NCBI GenBank assembly: GCA_963849325.1
Contig: CAWKHF010000012.1
Coordinates: 64,001-128,000 of the forward strand
Direction: 5' to 3'
Source of the DNA: an uncultured Planctomycetota bacterium
Lineage (GTDB): Bacteria > Planctomycetota > Planctomycetia > Gemmatales > Gemmataceae
DNA: 64,000 nucleotides
The notes under the pieces were generated by a model. The model had not been told where the DNA came from and searched no databases. It saw only the letters and a program-made list of their open reading frames with translations. This document shows, piece after piece, positions 31,900 to 42,230 of this stretch. The translations under genes were made by a program, and so were the position numbers. The first letter of the stretch is position 1; the number at the start of each line of letters is the position of its first letter.

Positions 31900-34171
31900 T
31901 CACTTGTTCGGATACGAGGGCGGTTTCATGCCGTCCGGCAGCGGCAGTGCCGCGCCGAGCGATAGGTACGCCCACAGGGCGTCGGCCTGGGCGTCGGCAT
32001 TGCCGCCGAGCACCTTGTCGAGTGTAGACTTGCCGTCCGCGAACACGGCCGGCATGCGCGTGCCCGGCTGGATGCGCTGCGGTTGCTCCAGCCAGCGCCG
32101 ATACCAGTCGTAGCGCACGCGCTGGTTCATCCGGGCCAGGTCCGGGCCGCGCGTGCCGGTACTGGCGATGCCGGCGAGGTCGTGACAGGAAATGCAGCCG
32201 AAGGCGTTCTTGCCGACCAGATACCGGCCGGCCTCGATCTTCGCCGCCGTCCGCATGCTCGGGTGAATGGTGTCGTCCGGCTCGGTTCCCCCCAGGCGCG
32301 CCAGCGCCTCGGGCAATCGGCCGACGTTGGCCTCGCCGAACTGCGGCATGCGCAGTCCCATCCACGGCCGCGCTCGTCCGCCGTCCAGCAGTACCTGACG
32401 CGCCCAGGGCGTGCGCAGCTTGTGGCCGACGCCGGTCAACGGTGGCGGACGGACGGCCTCTGTGTTTTCCGCGTTCTCGTCGCGCCGTAGCTGCTCCAGC
32501 ACGGTCGCTGACAAGCCGCCGTCACCATCGCGGCTGTGGCAGGCCAGGCAGTTGAAGCGCTCGAGGTCGTTGCGAGCGGTGTAGATCGGCACCGGCGTCC
32601 CCGCTCCGTCCAATCCTCGCCGCAAGAACGACCGAATCGCCGAATGGTCCTCGGCGCCGAAGCCGAAGCGCGGCGCCGAACCGCGCCGATCCGGCTCATG
32701 GGCCAGGCAGCCGGACCCCTGTTTCGCCGGCTGCACGATCTCCTCCAGCGAAGCGCTGGCCTGGATCGTTGCGAATGGCTTGCCGCCCGGGGCGATGGTG
32801 TGGCAGTTGTTGCAGCCCCTGTCCAGGACGATCCGCTGGCCGAGTTCCGGCCATTGTTTCTCGACCGGCAGTCGGCGGAACGCGGCCCATTCGTCGGCGC
32901 GGTCATCCACGCGCCGGAAGGCGGCCCGCATCGCCTCCGCCTTCGGCGCCTCCGGCAGTCCATCGCCGGCGTCCTCGGCCTTCGACGGACACAGGAAGCG
33001 AGCGAGATCCTCGGCCTCGTTGTTGGACAGCAGCATGTTCGGCATCCGGCCGCTGGGATCGATCGTCAACGGATTCTTGAGGTACGCCGCCAGGCACCCC
33101 GGCGTCGTCTTGCCGCCTAGGTCGGTCAGCGGATAGAGGCGCGCCGGCGCCGCGAACACAAACGAGGGCGCGACGTCCTCCTTCGGTTTAGCGTGTTCGC
33201 CCTCCGGCGAACCGTGGCAGGCGATGCAGCCGAGCTTGCCGTAAAGGCGCTCACCGCGTCCCATGCTGGCGAGCATGGACCCGCGCTGGATGGGCTTGGG
33301 GTCCGCTTTCACCGGCCCGCCGAGGGCGACGAGATAGCGCGTCACGGCGTAGCGTTCGACGCGGCCGGTCTCGTCGGGACGGAACATCTCCGGCATGGCC
33401 GCGCCTGGCCGCAGTCGTTGCGGCGATTCCAGCCAGCGCATCAGCCAGCCCGCGCGTACGCGCTGACCGACCCGCGACAGATCCGGCCCGCTGCGTGAGA
33501 TCAGCCCCTTGGCCATGCCGTTGTCCTTCACCGAGGCGTGACAGCGGACACAGCCGGATTCCTCGACGAGATAGCGTCCGCGCTCGATCCGCGCGTCGGC
33601 GGCGAGTCCGGCGGGCACCTGGTTCGGCAGATGGCCGAGGTGATCGTACGGCAGTGGTTCGCGGCGGAAGTGTTTCGCCTCCCAGAACAGTTCGACGCGA
33701 GCGCCGCCCGGCAGGCGCGTGAACTCGGCGACCAGCGGATGCACGCCCGCTTCCAGCGCCACGTCGGCGCCCTCGTGAAGGACCGGCAACGCGGTCTTCG
33801 TCTCGGCGACCAGCACTTCCTTGCCCGCGATCTCCAGACGGAATCGCCCGCGCAGCCGTACCGCGAAGCGATAGGCGCCGCGGCGGAGAATACGGATGTA
33901 TCCCTTCCAGACGATGACGCCGTCGGCGCAGGCGCGGGTGTGGCGACTCGCCCGCCTTCAGCGCCAGGGCGATTCGCGGTTCGAGTCGCACCACTTCTGC
34001 TGTCGTCGGCCCGGCCGCATCGCGGTAGACGGCGACCAGCCCGCGCCGCAACTCCTCCGAATCAATGGCCGGATCGGCCGCTCGGGTGCCGGTGACAGCA
34101 CCCAGACCCAGGAGCAATGCGATCCTCAGGTCCAGCCACCAGGGTTGTGCATCACGTCTGGAATGCGGCAT
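31900..34171 (-). CDS. Exported multiheme c-type cytochrome (5 CxxCH) with PA14-like N-terminal domain (frameshifted)
   Basis: CVRCH, CIACH, CNNCH, CLACH and CISCH in ORF 31900..33816; signal peptide in ORF 33251..34171. Confidence 0.88.
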
Positions 34172-34362
34172 GGAAGCCTCCTGGAGGATAGCGTGAGGCC
34201 GTTGTGGAAGAGACGATTCGGAACATTGCGAGGGCCGACGGCGCCAGCTTGATTATGCGGCCAAACTGCGACATGGGGAAGAGTTCAACGTGCCTTGTTT
34301 TCCCGTGAGGCGAGCGGGAGAATAAGGGGGGAGATTACTCGGCGAAGAAGGAACCGTCTCCG

Positions 34363-35103
34363 ATGCAACCACAAACCGAACCAATCGAGAGCACGAAGGT
34401 CGCTGCCCCGGCACCCCGGCACGCTCCTCGCATTCCGCCACTCGAATCGGGCGATCATCTGACACGCCACGAGTTCGAGCGTCGCTATGAAGCTATGCCG
34501 AAGTCGAAAAAGGCGGAACTGATCGAAGGAGTTGTCTTCATGCCTTCTCCTGTGCGTTTCGAGCAGCATGGCAGTCCTCACGCGGATTTGATGGCCTGGT
34601 TGGGGATTTATCGCGCCGGTACGCCGGGCGTTCGCGTCGGCGATAACTCAAGCATACGTCTGGACCCGGACAACGAGCCGCAACCCGACGCTTTAATGAT
34701 TGTCGAAGCCTCTCGCGGAGGCCAGACGAGAATTGATGCCGAGGGTTACATCGTGGGCGGCCCCGAATTGGTGGTCGAGGTAGCGTCGAGTACAGTCAGC
34801 ATGGCCTTGAATACCAAGCTCGCTGTCTATCGTCGCAACAGCGTCCGCGAATACATCGTCTGGCGCGTGGAAGATCAAGCCATCGACTGGTTCCTCTTGC
34901 GCCAAGGCCAGTACGATCGACTGGCGCTTTCGTCCGCCGGACTCTACCAGAGCGAGCACTTTCCCGGCCTTTGGCTCGATCCCGCCGCGCTGACGGCCTT
35001 CGACCTGGCTCGCGTTTTACAAGTTGTGCATCAGGGGACGGCCAGCCTGGAGCATGCGGCCTTCGTCGCCCATCTTCAAGAGCGGGCGGCCGGGCAACCC
35101 TGA
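34363..35103 (+). CDS. Uma2 (DUF820) family endonuclease-fold protein
   Basis: KAELIEGVVFMPSP, EPQPD, PELVVEVASS, YRRNSVREYIVW, FPGLWLD. Confidence 0.92.
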   Translation: MQPQTEPIESTKVAAPAPRHAPRIPPLESGDHLTRHEFERRYEAMPKSKKAELIEGVVFMPSPVRFEQHGSPHADLMAWLGIYRAGTPGVRVGDNSSIRLDPDNEPQPDALMIVEASRGGQTRIDAEGYIVGGPELVVEVASSTVSMALNTKLAVYRRNSVREYIVWRVEDQAIDWFLLRQGQYDRLALSSAGLYQSEHFPGLWLDPAALTAFDLARVLQVVHQGTASLEHAAFVAHLQERAAGQP

Positions 35104-35173
35104 TGCGTCTGGTCTGCCCCGAACCTTTCCCCTTCCGGCGGCTCCTGATAAATACTCTCCGCCATCGGGAGCC

Positions 35174-36562
35174 ATGATGGAACGATCTCTCGAACCTCCG
35201 ACGCCTGCGCCGGGCAGCACGGGCGAACTGCTTCGGCTGGCCTGGCCGCTGGTGCTCAGCAACAGTATCCTGATGGCGCAGATCCTCCTCGATCGCGTCC
35301 TGCTTGGCCGGTCCAACCTCGCCTCGGTGGCTGCCGGGTTCTCCTCGGCCCTGCTGTTCTGGGCCTTCCTCATTCTCTTTCAGTTCACCGCCAACTACGC
35401 CACCACCTTTGTCGCTCAGTACCGCGGCGCCGGCCGCCCCGAGCGCGTCGGCCCGGTGGTCTGGCAGGCCGTGTGGTTTGCCGTTCTGATCGGCGCCGTG
35501 TTCCAGGTCTTGCAGCCGCTGGCCCCTCAGGTCGTGGCCGTGGGCGAGCACACGCCGGAACTGCAGGGGATGGAGACGGCATATTTCCGCTGCCTGTGCG
35601 TGTCGGCCCTGCCGACGTTGCTGAGCGCGGCCCTGACCAGCTTCTTCGCCGGCCGCGGCGACACGCGCACGGTGCTGCTGATTAATGGGGCGGGCCTGGC
35701 CGTCAACGGCGTGGCGGCGGCCGGCCTGATCTATGGGCTATACGGCCTCCCTGCCCTGGGCATCGTCGGCGCCGGCTGGGCGACCGTGCTGGGCACTTCC
35801 ACCTCCGCTCTCCTCGCTCTGCTCCTGATGCTGCGCACCCCGTATCGTCGCGCCTTCGCCACCTTCTCCGGCTGGCGCTTCGACAGCGAACTGTTTCGGC
35901 GGCTGCTGCGTTTCGGTCTGCCCAACGGCGTCTTTGCCGCCCTGGATGTCCTGGGTTACACGGTCTTTTTGCAGCTAATCGGGCGCTTCAGCCCGGCGGA
36001 CCTCGCCGCCACGAGCATCGCCTTTACCCTCAATCTGCTTGTGTATTTCCCGATGATGGGCGTCGGCCAGGCGGTCGAGGTACTGGTCGGCCAGCGCCTC
36101 GGCGAGGACCGCCCCGACCTCGCCGAACGGACCACCTGGCACGCCCTGCGACTGGCCCTGCTGCTGACCGCCGCCGGCACGCTGAGTTACGTCCTGTTGC
36201 CGCAGACACTCGCCGGCCTGTTCCACGGCCCCGGCGAGGACGAATTGTGGGAGCCGATCCGCACCCGCGTGCCGGTCCTGCTCCGCTTCATTGCCGTTTA
36301 CTCTCTCTTCGACACGATGAATGTCGTTTTCTCCAACGCCCTCCGCGGCGCCGGCGACACGCGCTTCGTCATCTGGGCCGCCCTGGTCCTGTCGTGGCCG
36401 GTGATGGTGCTGCCGACGTGGGCGGCGTGGATGTACGGCTGGGGCCTGTACTGGGCCTGGGCCTTCGCCAGCCTCTACATCATCGCCCTCGCCCTGACGT
36501 TCGCCTTCCGCTTCCGCCAGGGCAAATGGCGCAACATGCGGGTCATCGAACCAACGCGGTAA
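35174..36562 (+). CDS. MATE family efflux transporter
   Basis: ELLRLAWPL, TTFVAQYRGAG, GRGDTRT, LGIVGAGWAT, LVGQRLG, ALRGAGDTRF; about 12 TM segments. Confidence 0.93.
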   Translation: MMERSLEPPTPAPGSTGELLRLAWPLVLSNSILMAQILLDRVLLGRSNLASVAAGFSSALLFWAFLILFQFTANYATTFVAQYRGAGRPERVGPVVWQAVWFAVLIGAVFQVLQPLAPQVVAVGEHTPELQGMETAYFRCLCVSALPTLLSAALTSFFAGRGDTRTVLLINGAGLAVNGVAAAGLIYGLYGLPALGIVGAGWATVLGTSTSALLALLLMLRTPYRRAFATFSGWRFDSELFRRLLRFGLPNGVFAALDVLGYTVFLQLIGRFSPADLAATSIAFTLNLLVYFPMMGVGQAVEVLVGQRLGEDRPDLAERTTWHALRLALLLTAAGTLSYVLLPQTLAGLFHGPGEDELWEPIRTRVPVLLRFIAVYSLFDTMNVVFSNALRGAGDTRFVIWAALVLSWPVMVLPTWAAWMYGWGLYWAWAFASLYIIALALTFAFRFRQGKWRNMRVIEPTR

Positions 36563-36629
36563 CTTGCCTTTCCCTCTTCGCCATCCTGACGGAAAAGTCA
36601 GGTTTCGTCCCTTTTCCGGAGTTTTCCGG

Positions 36630-36683
36630 TTGACTTTGAAACATCTGTTTCATATGATTGCTTGAGATGAGACAGTTGTTTGA
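36630..36683 (+). promoter_or_regulatory. Sigma70 promoter with palindromic TetR operator(s)
   Basis: TTGACT(36630)-17 bp-TATGAT(36653). The spacer holds tgaaacatctgtttca; a second related site tgagacagttgtttga lies at 36668. Confidence 0.75.
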
Positions 36684-36708
36684 GTCATTTGTTTAAGGGG
36701 CATTTCCG

Positions 36709-37317
36709 ATGATAGCTTCGGAAAACCCGCGCGAGCGGCTGCTGGAAGCGGCCGGCGAAATCTTCGCCGAGAAGGGGTTCAAGGGCGCCACCGTCCGCGA
36801 GATCATCGAACGGGCGAAGGTGAACATCGCGGCGGTGAATTACTACTTCCGCGACAAGGAACGCCTGTACATCGAAGCCGTCAAGCATGGAGCGTGCGTC
36901 GAGCCGAGCGAGCAACTCTGCTGGCCGGTCGGCACGCCGCCCGCCGTCAAACTGGCAGACTTCATTCGCTTCCACGTCGTCGGGCTGCTCGACCCCGGCA
37001 AGCCGGCCTGGCACGCGCGCCTGGTCATGCGCGAGTTGACGCAACCCAGCGCCGCCTGCACCGAGCTGGTGCGGGACTATATCGAACCCAAGAGCAAAGT
37101 CCTCGGCGGCATCCTGGAGGAGTTGCTGCCGCGCGGCACACCACGCGGAAAGCGCTTCCTGGTCGCTTTCAGCATCATGGGTCAGGTCCTTTTCTACTGC
37201 ACCCACAAGCCCATCATTACATTGCTGATCGGCGCGGACGGCGCCACGCACCTTGACCCGGACACCCTGGCCGAACACATCACACAGTTCAGCCTGCGGG
37301 CACTGACAAAAAAATAA
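36709..37317 (+). CDS. TetR/CerR-family transcriptional regulator
   Basis: RERLLEAAGEIFAEKGFKGATVREI...NIAAVNYYFRDKERLY. Confidence 0.93.
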   Translation: MIASENPRERLLEAAGEIFAEKGFKGATVREIIERAKVNIAAVNYYFRDKERLYIEAVKHGACVEPSEQLCWPVGTPPAVKLADFIRFHVVGLLDPGKPAWHARLVMRELTQPSAACTELVRDYIEPKSKVLGGILEELLPRGTPRGKRFLVAFSIMGQVLFYCTHKPIITLLIGADGATHLDPDTLAEHITQFSLRALTKK

Positions 37318-37464
37318 TCACCACGGAATACACGGAAAACACGGAAAAAAGACAAAAACAAAAAAATGAAAAGCACAAAGACAGGATGAATAATGCAATC
37401 GACCCATGATATATGATTATTCTTTTGTCTTTTTTCCGTGTTTTCCGTGTATTCCGTGGTGATT
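37316..37464. repeat. AT-rich inverted-repeat element with cacggaa units (MITE-like)
   Basis: aatcaccacggaatacacggaaaacacggaaaaaagacaaaa ... ttttgtcttttttccgtgttttccgtgtattccgtggtgatt. Confidence 0.85.
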
Positions 37465-37477
37465 CTTCTTCTGGGGT

Positions 37478-38635
37478 ATGGCCATGAGCTGGATCGCCTT
37501 GAAGATGCTGACGGGCAACCGGGCCAAGTATTACGCCATCATCTTCGGCATCTCCTTCGCCGTCATGCTGATGTCGCAGCAGGCGGCCATCTTCGCCGGC
37601 CTGATGCGCAACACGTCCAGCCAGATCCGCGACATCCAGGGAGCCGACATCTGGGTCATGGACCCCAGCGTCCAGTTCATCGACGACATCACGCCGCTGT
37701 CGGACAACGCCGTCTATCAGGTGCGCGGCGTGCCGGGCGTCGCCTGGGCCATCAAGCTGTACAACGGCAAGGCGCACGGCCAATTCCCGGAGGGCAATTT
37801 CAAGCAGTTCATCGTCCTGGGCATCGACGACCAGACGCTCGTCGGTGCCCCGGCCCGGATGGTGGTCGGCTCGCTGGCCGACCTGCGCCGGCCCGACGGT
37901 GTTGTCCTCGACGAGAGCGGCTACCGTTACCTGTTTCCCGGCCAACCGCTGGAAGCCGGCCGCGTCTTCGAAATGAACGACCATCGTGCGGAGATCGTCG
38001 GCATCTGTAAAAGCTCGCCGACCTTCCAGACATTTCCGATCGCTTATACGACGTACAACCGGGCCTTGCACTACGCCGCCCAGGAGCGGCGAGTGCTGTC
38101 GTTCGTGCTGGTCGGGGCGGAGAAGGAGCGTAGCGCCGGAGGAGGTGTGCCGCCGCATCGAGGAGCGGACGGGCCTGATGGCCCTGTCGCAGGAAGGGTT
38201 CTCCTGGAAGACGATGGTTTATTACATGAAGCGCACCGGCATTCCGGTGAACTTCGGTATTACGGTGCTGCTCGGCTTCATCATCGGCGCCGCCATCGCC
38301 GGCCAGACGTTTTACCTGTTCACGATCGACAACCTCAAGCAGTTCGGCGCCCTCAAGGCGATGGGCGTGGGCAACCTGCGCACTGGTCGGCATGGTCTTG
38401 ATGCAAGGATTGGTGGTCGGCGTATTGGGCTACATGATCGGTCTGGGAATGGCGAGCATTTTCGCGGAGGTGGTGGCGTGGAAACTGCGCGGCACCGGCC
38501 TGCCGCCGGTGGATTACATGGCCTGGCCGATCCCGGTCGTTCACGGCGGCGGCGGCGGCCCTGATCGTCTTCGCCTCGGCGATGGTCAGTCTCCGCCGCG
38601 TCCTTCGACTGGAGCCGGCCTCGGTGTTCCGATAA
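37478..38635 (+). CDS. ABC transporter permease, FtsX/MacB (DevC-like), copy 1 (frameshifted)
   Basis: IALKMLTGNRAKY, ADIWVMDP, GQTFYLFTIDNLKQFGALKAMG, C-terminal LEPASVFR. Confidence 0.88.
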
Positions 38636-38641
38636 ACAATG

Positions 38642-38752
38642 AACCACAGATGAACACAGATAAACACGGATAAGACAAAAACAATGAATGATTGAATGGT
38701 TTGTTGACTCTTTTTGATTTTTATCCGTGTTCATCTGTGTTCATCTGTGGTT
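38642..38752. repeat. AT-rich inverted-repeat element with cacagat units (MITE-like)
   Basis: aaccacagatgaacacagataaacacggataa ... ttatccgtgttcatctgtgttcatctgtggtt. Confidence 0.85.
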
Positions 38753-38768
38753 AATTTTGGGTGCGAGC

Positions 38769-39965
38769 ATGAGTTGGATCGCCATCAAGATGCTGACCGG
38801 CGACCGAGCTAAGTATCTCGGCATCGTCGCCGGCGTCACCTTCGCGGCGCTGTTGATCGCCCAGCAGGCGTCGATCGCCATTGGCCTGCTGCTGCGGACC
38901 ACGTCGCACATTCAGGACGTCGCCGACGTGGACATCTGGGTCATGGACCCCAACGTGCAATTCATCGACGAGTTCAAGCCGCTGACCGAGAACGACCTGT
39001 ATCGCGTCCAGGGCGTGCCGGGCGTGGCCTGGGCCGTGCGCTTCTACAAGGGCCAGGGCCGGCTCAAGCTCGACGTCGGCGGCGACAAAAAGAAGGCGAA
39101 ATATCAGCAATCCGTCGTCCTCGGCCTGGACGACGCCACCCTGGTCGGCGCTCCGCGCGAAATCATCCTGGGCAGCCTGGCCGACCTGCGCAAGCCGGAC
39201 GCCGTCCTGATCGACGAGAATGGCTATCGCTACCTTTGGCCGAACGAACCGCTGGCCGTCGGCCGCGAGTTGGAGATGAACGACCATCGCGCCGTCATCG
39301 TCGGCGTCTGCAAGGCGTCGGACACTTTCCAGACGTTCCCGATCTTCTACTGCCGTTATCACCAGGCCATCCGTTACGTTCCGCAGGAGCGCAAGGTGAT
39401 GTCGGCCATCCTGGTCGGGGCGGAGGAGGGCGTGTCGAAGGAGGAAGTGTGCCGGCGGATCACGGCGCAGACGGCCCTGAAGCCGATCCGACTGGGCGAA
39501 CCGGCTCGTCCCGGTCTCAAGGCGCTGACGCGCGAACAGTTCATCGGCAGCACGCTGATGTACTTCGTCAAGCGCACGGGCATCGTGGTCAATTTCGGCA
39601 TCACTGTCAGCCTGGGCTTCATCGTCGGCTGCGCCATCGCCGGGCAGACGTTTTACACGTTCACGCTGGAAAACCTCAACCAGTTCGGTTCGCTCAAGGC
39701 GATGGGCGTGACGAACCTTCGCATCGTCGGCATGGTGCTGACGCAGGCGTTGGTGGTCGGCGCGATCGGCTATGGCCTGGGCGTCGGCGGGGCGGCGCTG
39801 TTCGGCAAGGTGATGACCAGCAGCGGCAGTCGATTGGCATTCTTCATGCCCTGGCAGGTGCTGGCCGGCACCGCGGCGGCCGTGGTCCTGATCGTCACGC
39901 TGTCGAGCCTGCTGAGCGTGTACAAGGTGCTGGTCCTGGAACCGGCCGTGGTCTTTCGAGGATGA
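38769..39965 (+). CDS. ABC transporter permease, FtsX/MacB (DevC-like), copy 2
   Basis: Intact paralogue: IAIKMLTGDRAKY...GQTFYTFTLENLNQFGSLKAMG...LEPAVVFRG. Confidence 0.92.
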   Translation: MSWIAIKMLTGDRAKYLGIVAGVTFAALLIAQQASIAIGLLLRTTSHIQDVADVDIWVMDPNVQFIDEFKPLTENDLYRVQGVPGVAWAVRFYKGQGRLKLDVGGDKKKAKYQQSVVLGLDDATLVGAPREIILGSLADLRKPDAVLIDENGYRYLWPNEPLAVGRELEMNDHRAVIVGVCKASDTFQTFPIFYCRYHQAIRYVPQERKVMSAILVGAEEGVSKEEVCRRITAQTALKPIRLGEPARPGLKALTREQFIGSTLMYFVKRTGIVVNFGITVSLGFIVGCAIAGQTFYTFTLENLNQFGSLKAMGVTNLRIVGMVLTQALVVGAIGYGLGVGGAALFGKVMTSSGSRLAFFMPWQVLAGTAAAVVLIVTLSSLLSVYKVLVLEPAVVFRG

Positions 39966-39970
39966 GGCGG

Positions 39971-40742
39971 ATGCACAGCGACATCACCGAGATACCGGCC
40001 CCGGAAGGACGAGCGATGGGGACAAACTCGCCGCTCGATCGGGCGGTGATCTGCCGCGGGCGTCACCAAGGAGTTCGGCGACGGCGACTCGCGGACGCTG
40101 GCCCTGCGCGGCGTCGATCTGGAGGTCCACCCCGGCCAGATGACGCTGCTGGTCGGCCCGTCCGGCTGCGGCAAGACGACGTTGATCTCGATCATCGCCG
40201 GCCTGCTCGATCCGACCGCCGGCGACGTGACGGTCCTGGGCGAACCGCTACGGCAGCTGAAAGGCCGACAACTGGTGCAGTTTCGCGGCCGGTACATCGG
40301 CTTCGTCTTTCAGCAGTACAATCTGCTGCCGTCGCTGACGGCGGCGGAGAACGCGGCCGTGCCGCTCATCATCGCCGGCCACAAGCGCGCCGAGGCCGTG
40401 GCCAGGGCCAGCGCCATCCTCGAAGCGGTGGGACTGGCCGACAAGGTCAACTCGTTGCCGGCGCACCTGTCCGGCGGCCAGCAGCAGCGCGTGGCCATCG
40501 CTCGCGCCCTGGTCCACGAACCGAAACTGCTGGTCTGCGACGAGCCGACCGCCGCCCTGGACGCCCACTCGGGACAGACTGTCATGGAGCTGCTGCGCCG
40601 CGTGGCCGTGCAGCCGGGGCGGGCCGTCATCGTCGTCACGCACGACAACCGCGTCTTCGGCTTCGGCGATCGCATCGTTCACATGAACGACGGCATCATC
40701 GACAAGGTGGAAGAGAAAACCCCGTATGGCGAAAGTCACTAG
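39971..40742 (+). CDS. ABC transporter ATP-binding protein (LolD/DevA-like; frameshift near 5' end)
   Basis: Walker A GPSGCGKT, signature LSGGQQQRVAIARAL, Walker B LVCDEPT, H-loop VTHD. Confidence 0.93.
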
Positions 40743-40795
40743 CCGCGAGCGCGAGCGAGCGGTGTGGCGGCCGCTCGCTCGCGCTCGCGGCTAGT
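40738..40795. repeat. REP-like palindrome (family C variant)
   Basis: actagccgcgagcgcgagcgagcgg...ccgctcgctcgcgctcgcggctagt. Confidence 0.8.
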
Positions 40796-40820
40796 CGCGG
40801 GGACTACTGGGAGGAGTGTC

Positions 40821-41985
40821 ATGAGGAAACGATTGGGGAAATGGCTGCTGCCGCTGTCGGCGGTGAGCATGTTGGTGTTCGCCATTTACCACGTCGTGCA
40901 GGCGGAGCAGAAGCCGCCCAAGCCGCCGCCGCCGCTGGAGCCGGCACGCACGCCGTTCGGCCGCACCGTGGCCGGCGCCGGCATCGTCGAGGCGCGCAGC
41001 CAGAACATCGCCGTTGGCTCGGCGATGCCCGGCCTGGTGCTGAAGGTATGGTCGCCCGATGAACTGGGGCTGCCGGCCAAGCCCGGCATGACGCCGTGGG
41101 AGGCGCTGATCGGCCAGCACGTCAAGCAGGGCGATCCCCTGTTCCGCGTCGATGATCGGCAGTTGAAGGCCACGCTCGCCTTCCACGAGGCCAACCTGGC
41201 CTCCGCCAAGGCCAACCTCGCCAAGCTGGAACAGATGCCGCGCAAGGAGGAGCTGGACGTTATCAAGGCCAAGAGGGAGGTGGCCAAGGCCACGCTGGAA
41301 TTGCAGCGCGACCTGGCCCAGCGCGACGCCAAGCTGGTTGGCTCCGGCTCCGTCTCCGAAGAAGAATACCGCCAGCGCCGCAACAATCAGTTGATCGCCC
41401 ACTGCCAGCTGATCCAGGCCGAGGCCGATTACACGCTCTCGAAAAATGGCGCGTGGGAACCGGACAAAGCGATCGCCCGTGCCGCCATCAAGCTCGCCGA
41501 GGCCCAGATCTTGCAGGACCATACCGACATCGACCGGGCCATCGTCCGCGCTCCGGTGGACGGCGTCGTGCTGCAAGTGAATGTGCGGCCCGGCGAATTT
41601 GTCGCTCCCATCTCGAACCAGGCCCAGGTGGTGCTGGGGACCATCACCGACAAGGTGAACGTCCGAGTGGACATCGACGAACACGACATTCCCCGCTTCA
41701 AACCCGGCGCCCCGGCCCGAGCCAGCTTCCGCGGCGCCGCCCGACAAGACCTATCCGCTCACCTTCGTCCGCGTCGAACCGTACGTCATCCCGAAGAAGT
41801 CGCTGACCGGCGACAACACCGAGCGCGTCGATACGCGCGTCCTGCAAGTGGTCTTCTCGCTGAAGATGGAAGGCAAGCCGGTCTACGTCGGCCAGCAACT
41901 CGATGTGTTCATCGACGTGGGACCGGAGATGGACAAGCCGGTTGCGCCGCCGGAATCCGCCACCGTGTCCGAGCCGCGACCGTGA
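40821..41985 (+). CDS. HlyD-family membrane fusion protein (frameshifted)
   Basis: VAGAGIVEA, VKQGDPLFRVD, coiled coil, VRAPVDGVVLQVNVRPGEF; the shifted frame gives ERVDTRVLQV...GQQLDVFI. Confidence 0.9.
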
Positions 41986-42024
41986 GGGAGCGGGTGACCC
42001 GCTCCCTCACGGTCGCGGCTCGGA
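41968..42024. repeat. REP-like palindrome, family A, supplying the HlyD stop codon
   Basis: tccgagccgcgaccgtgagggagcggg-tga-cccgctccctcacggtcgcggctcgga. Confidence 0.88.
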
Positions 42025-42230
42025 TGCGATTCGAGTGTCGGCCTCCTGCCGCGATGTCGAGATCATTTCCATGCCGTGATATTTGCCCGTTGATGCGTTC
42101 TTCCTCGCCCTTTTTTTCTTTTTTTTTGTCACAAATCCTCTCTCCCGCAGTATAGTAGGGGCGAGTCCAGGCAGACCGTCCGTCCGTTCGTCTGCCGGCT
42201 CCATCGCCTCCTTTCGTAGGACGTGCAACG

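Noticed and set aside
34363..35103. Uma2 gene as part of a restriction or defence system
   Set aside because: No methyltransferase or partner nearby, and Uma2 paralogues are commonly scattered singly in such genomes.
37316..38752. Possible CRISPR array in the short-period repeats (also 63012-63120)
   Set aside because: Units are 7-10 bp, contiguous and inverted, with no unique spacers and no cas genes.
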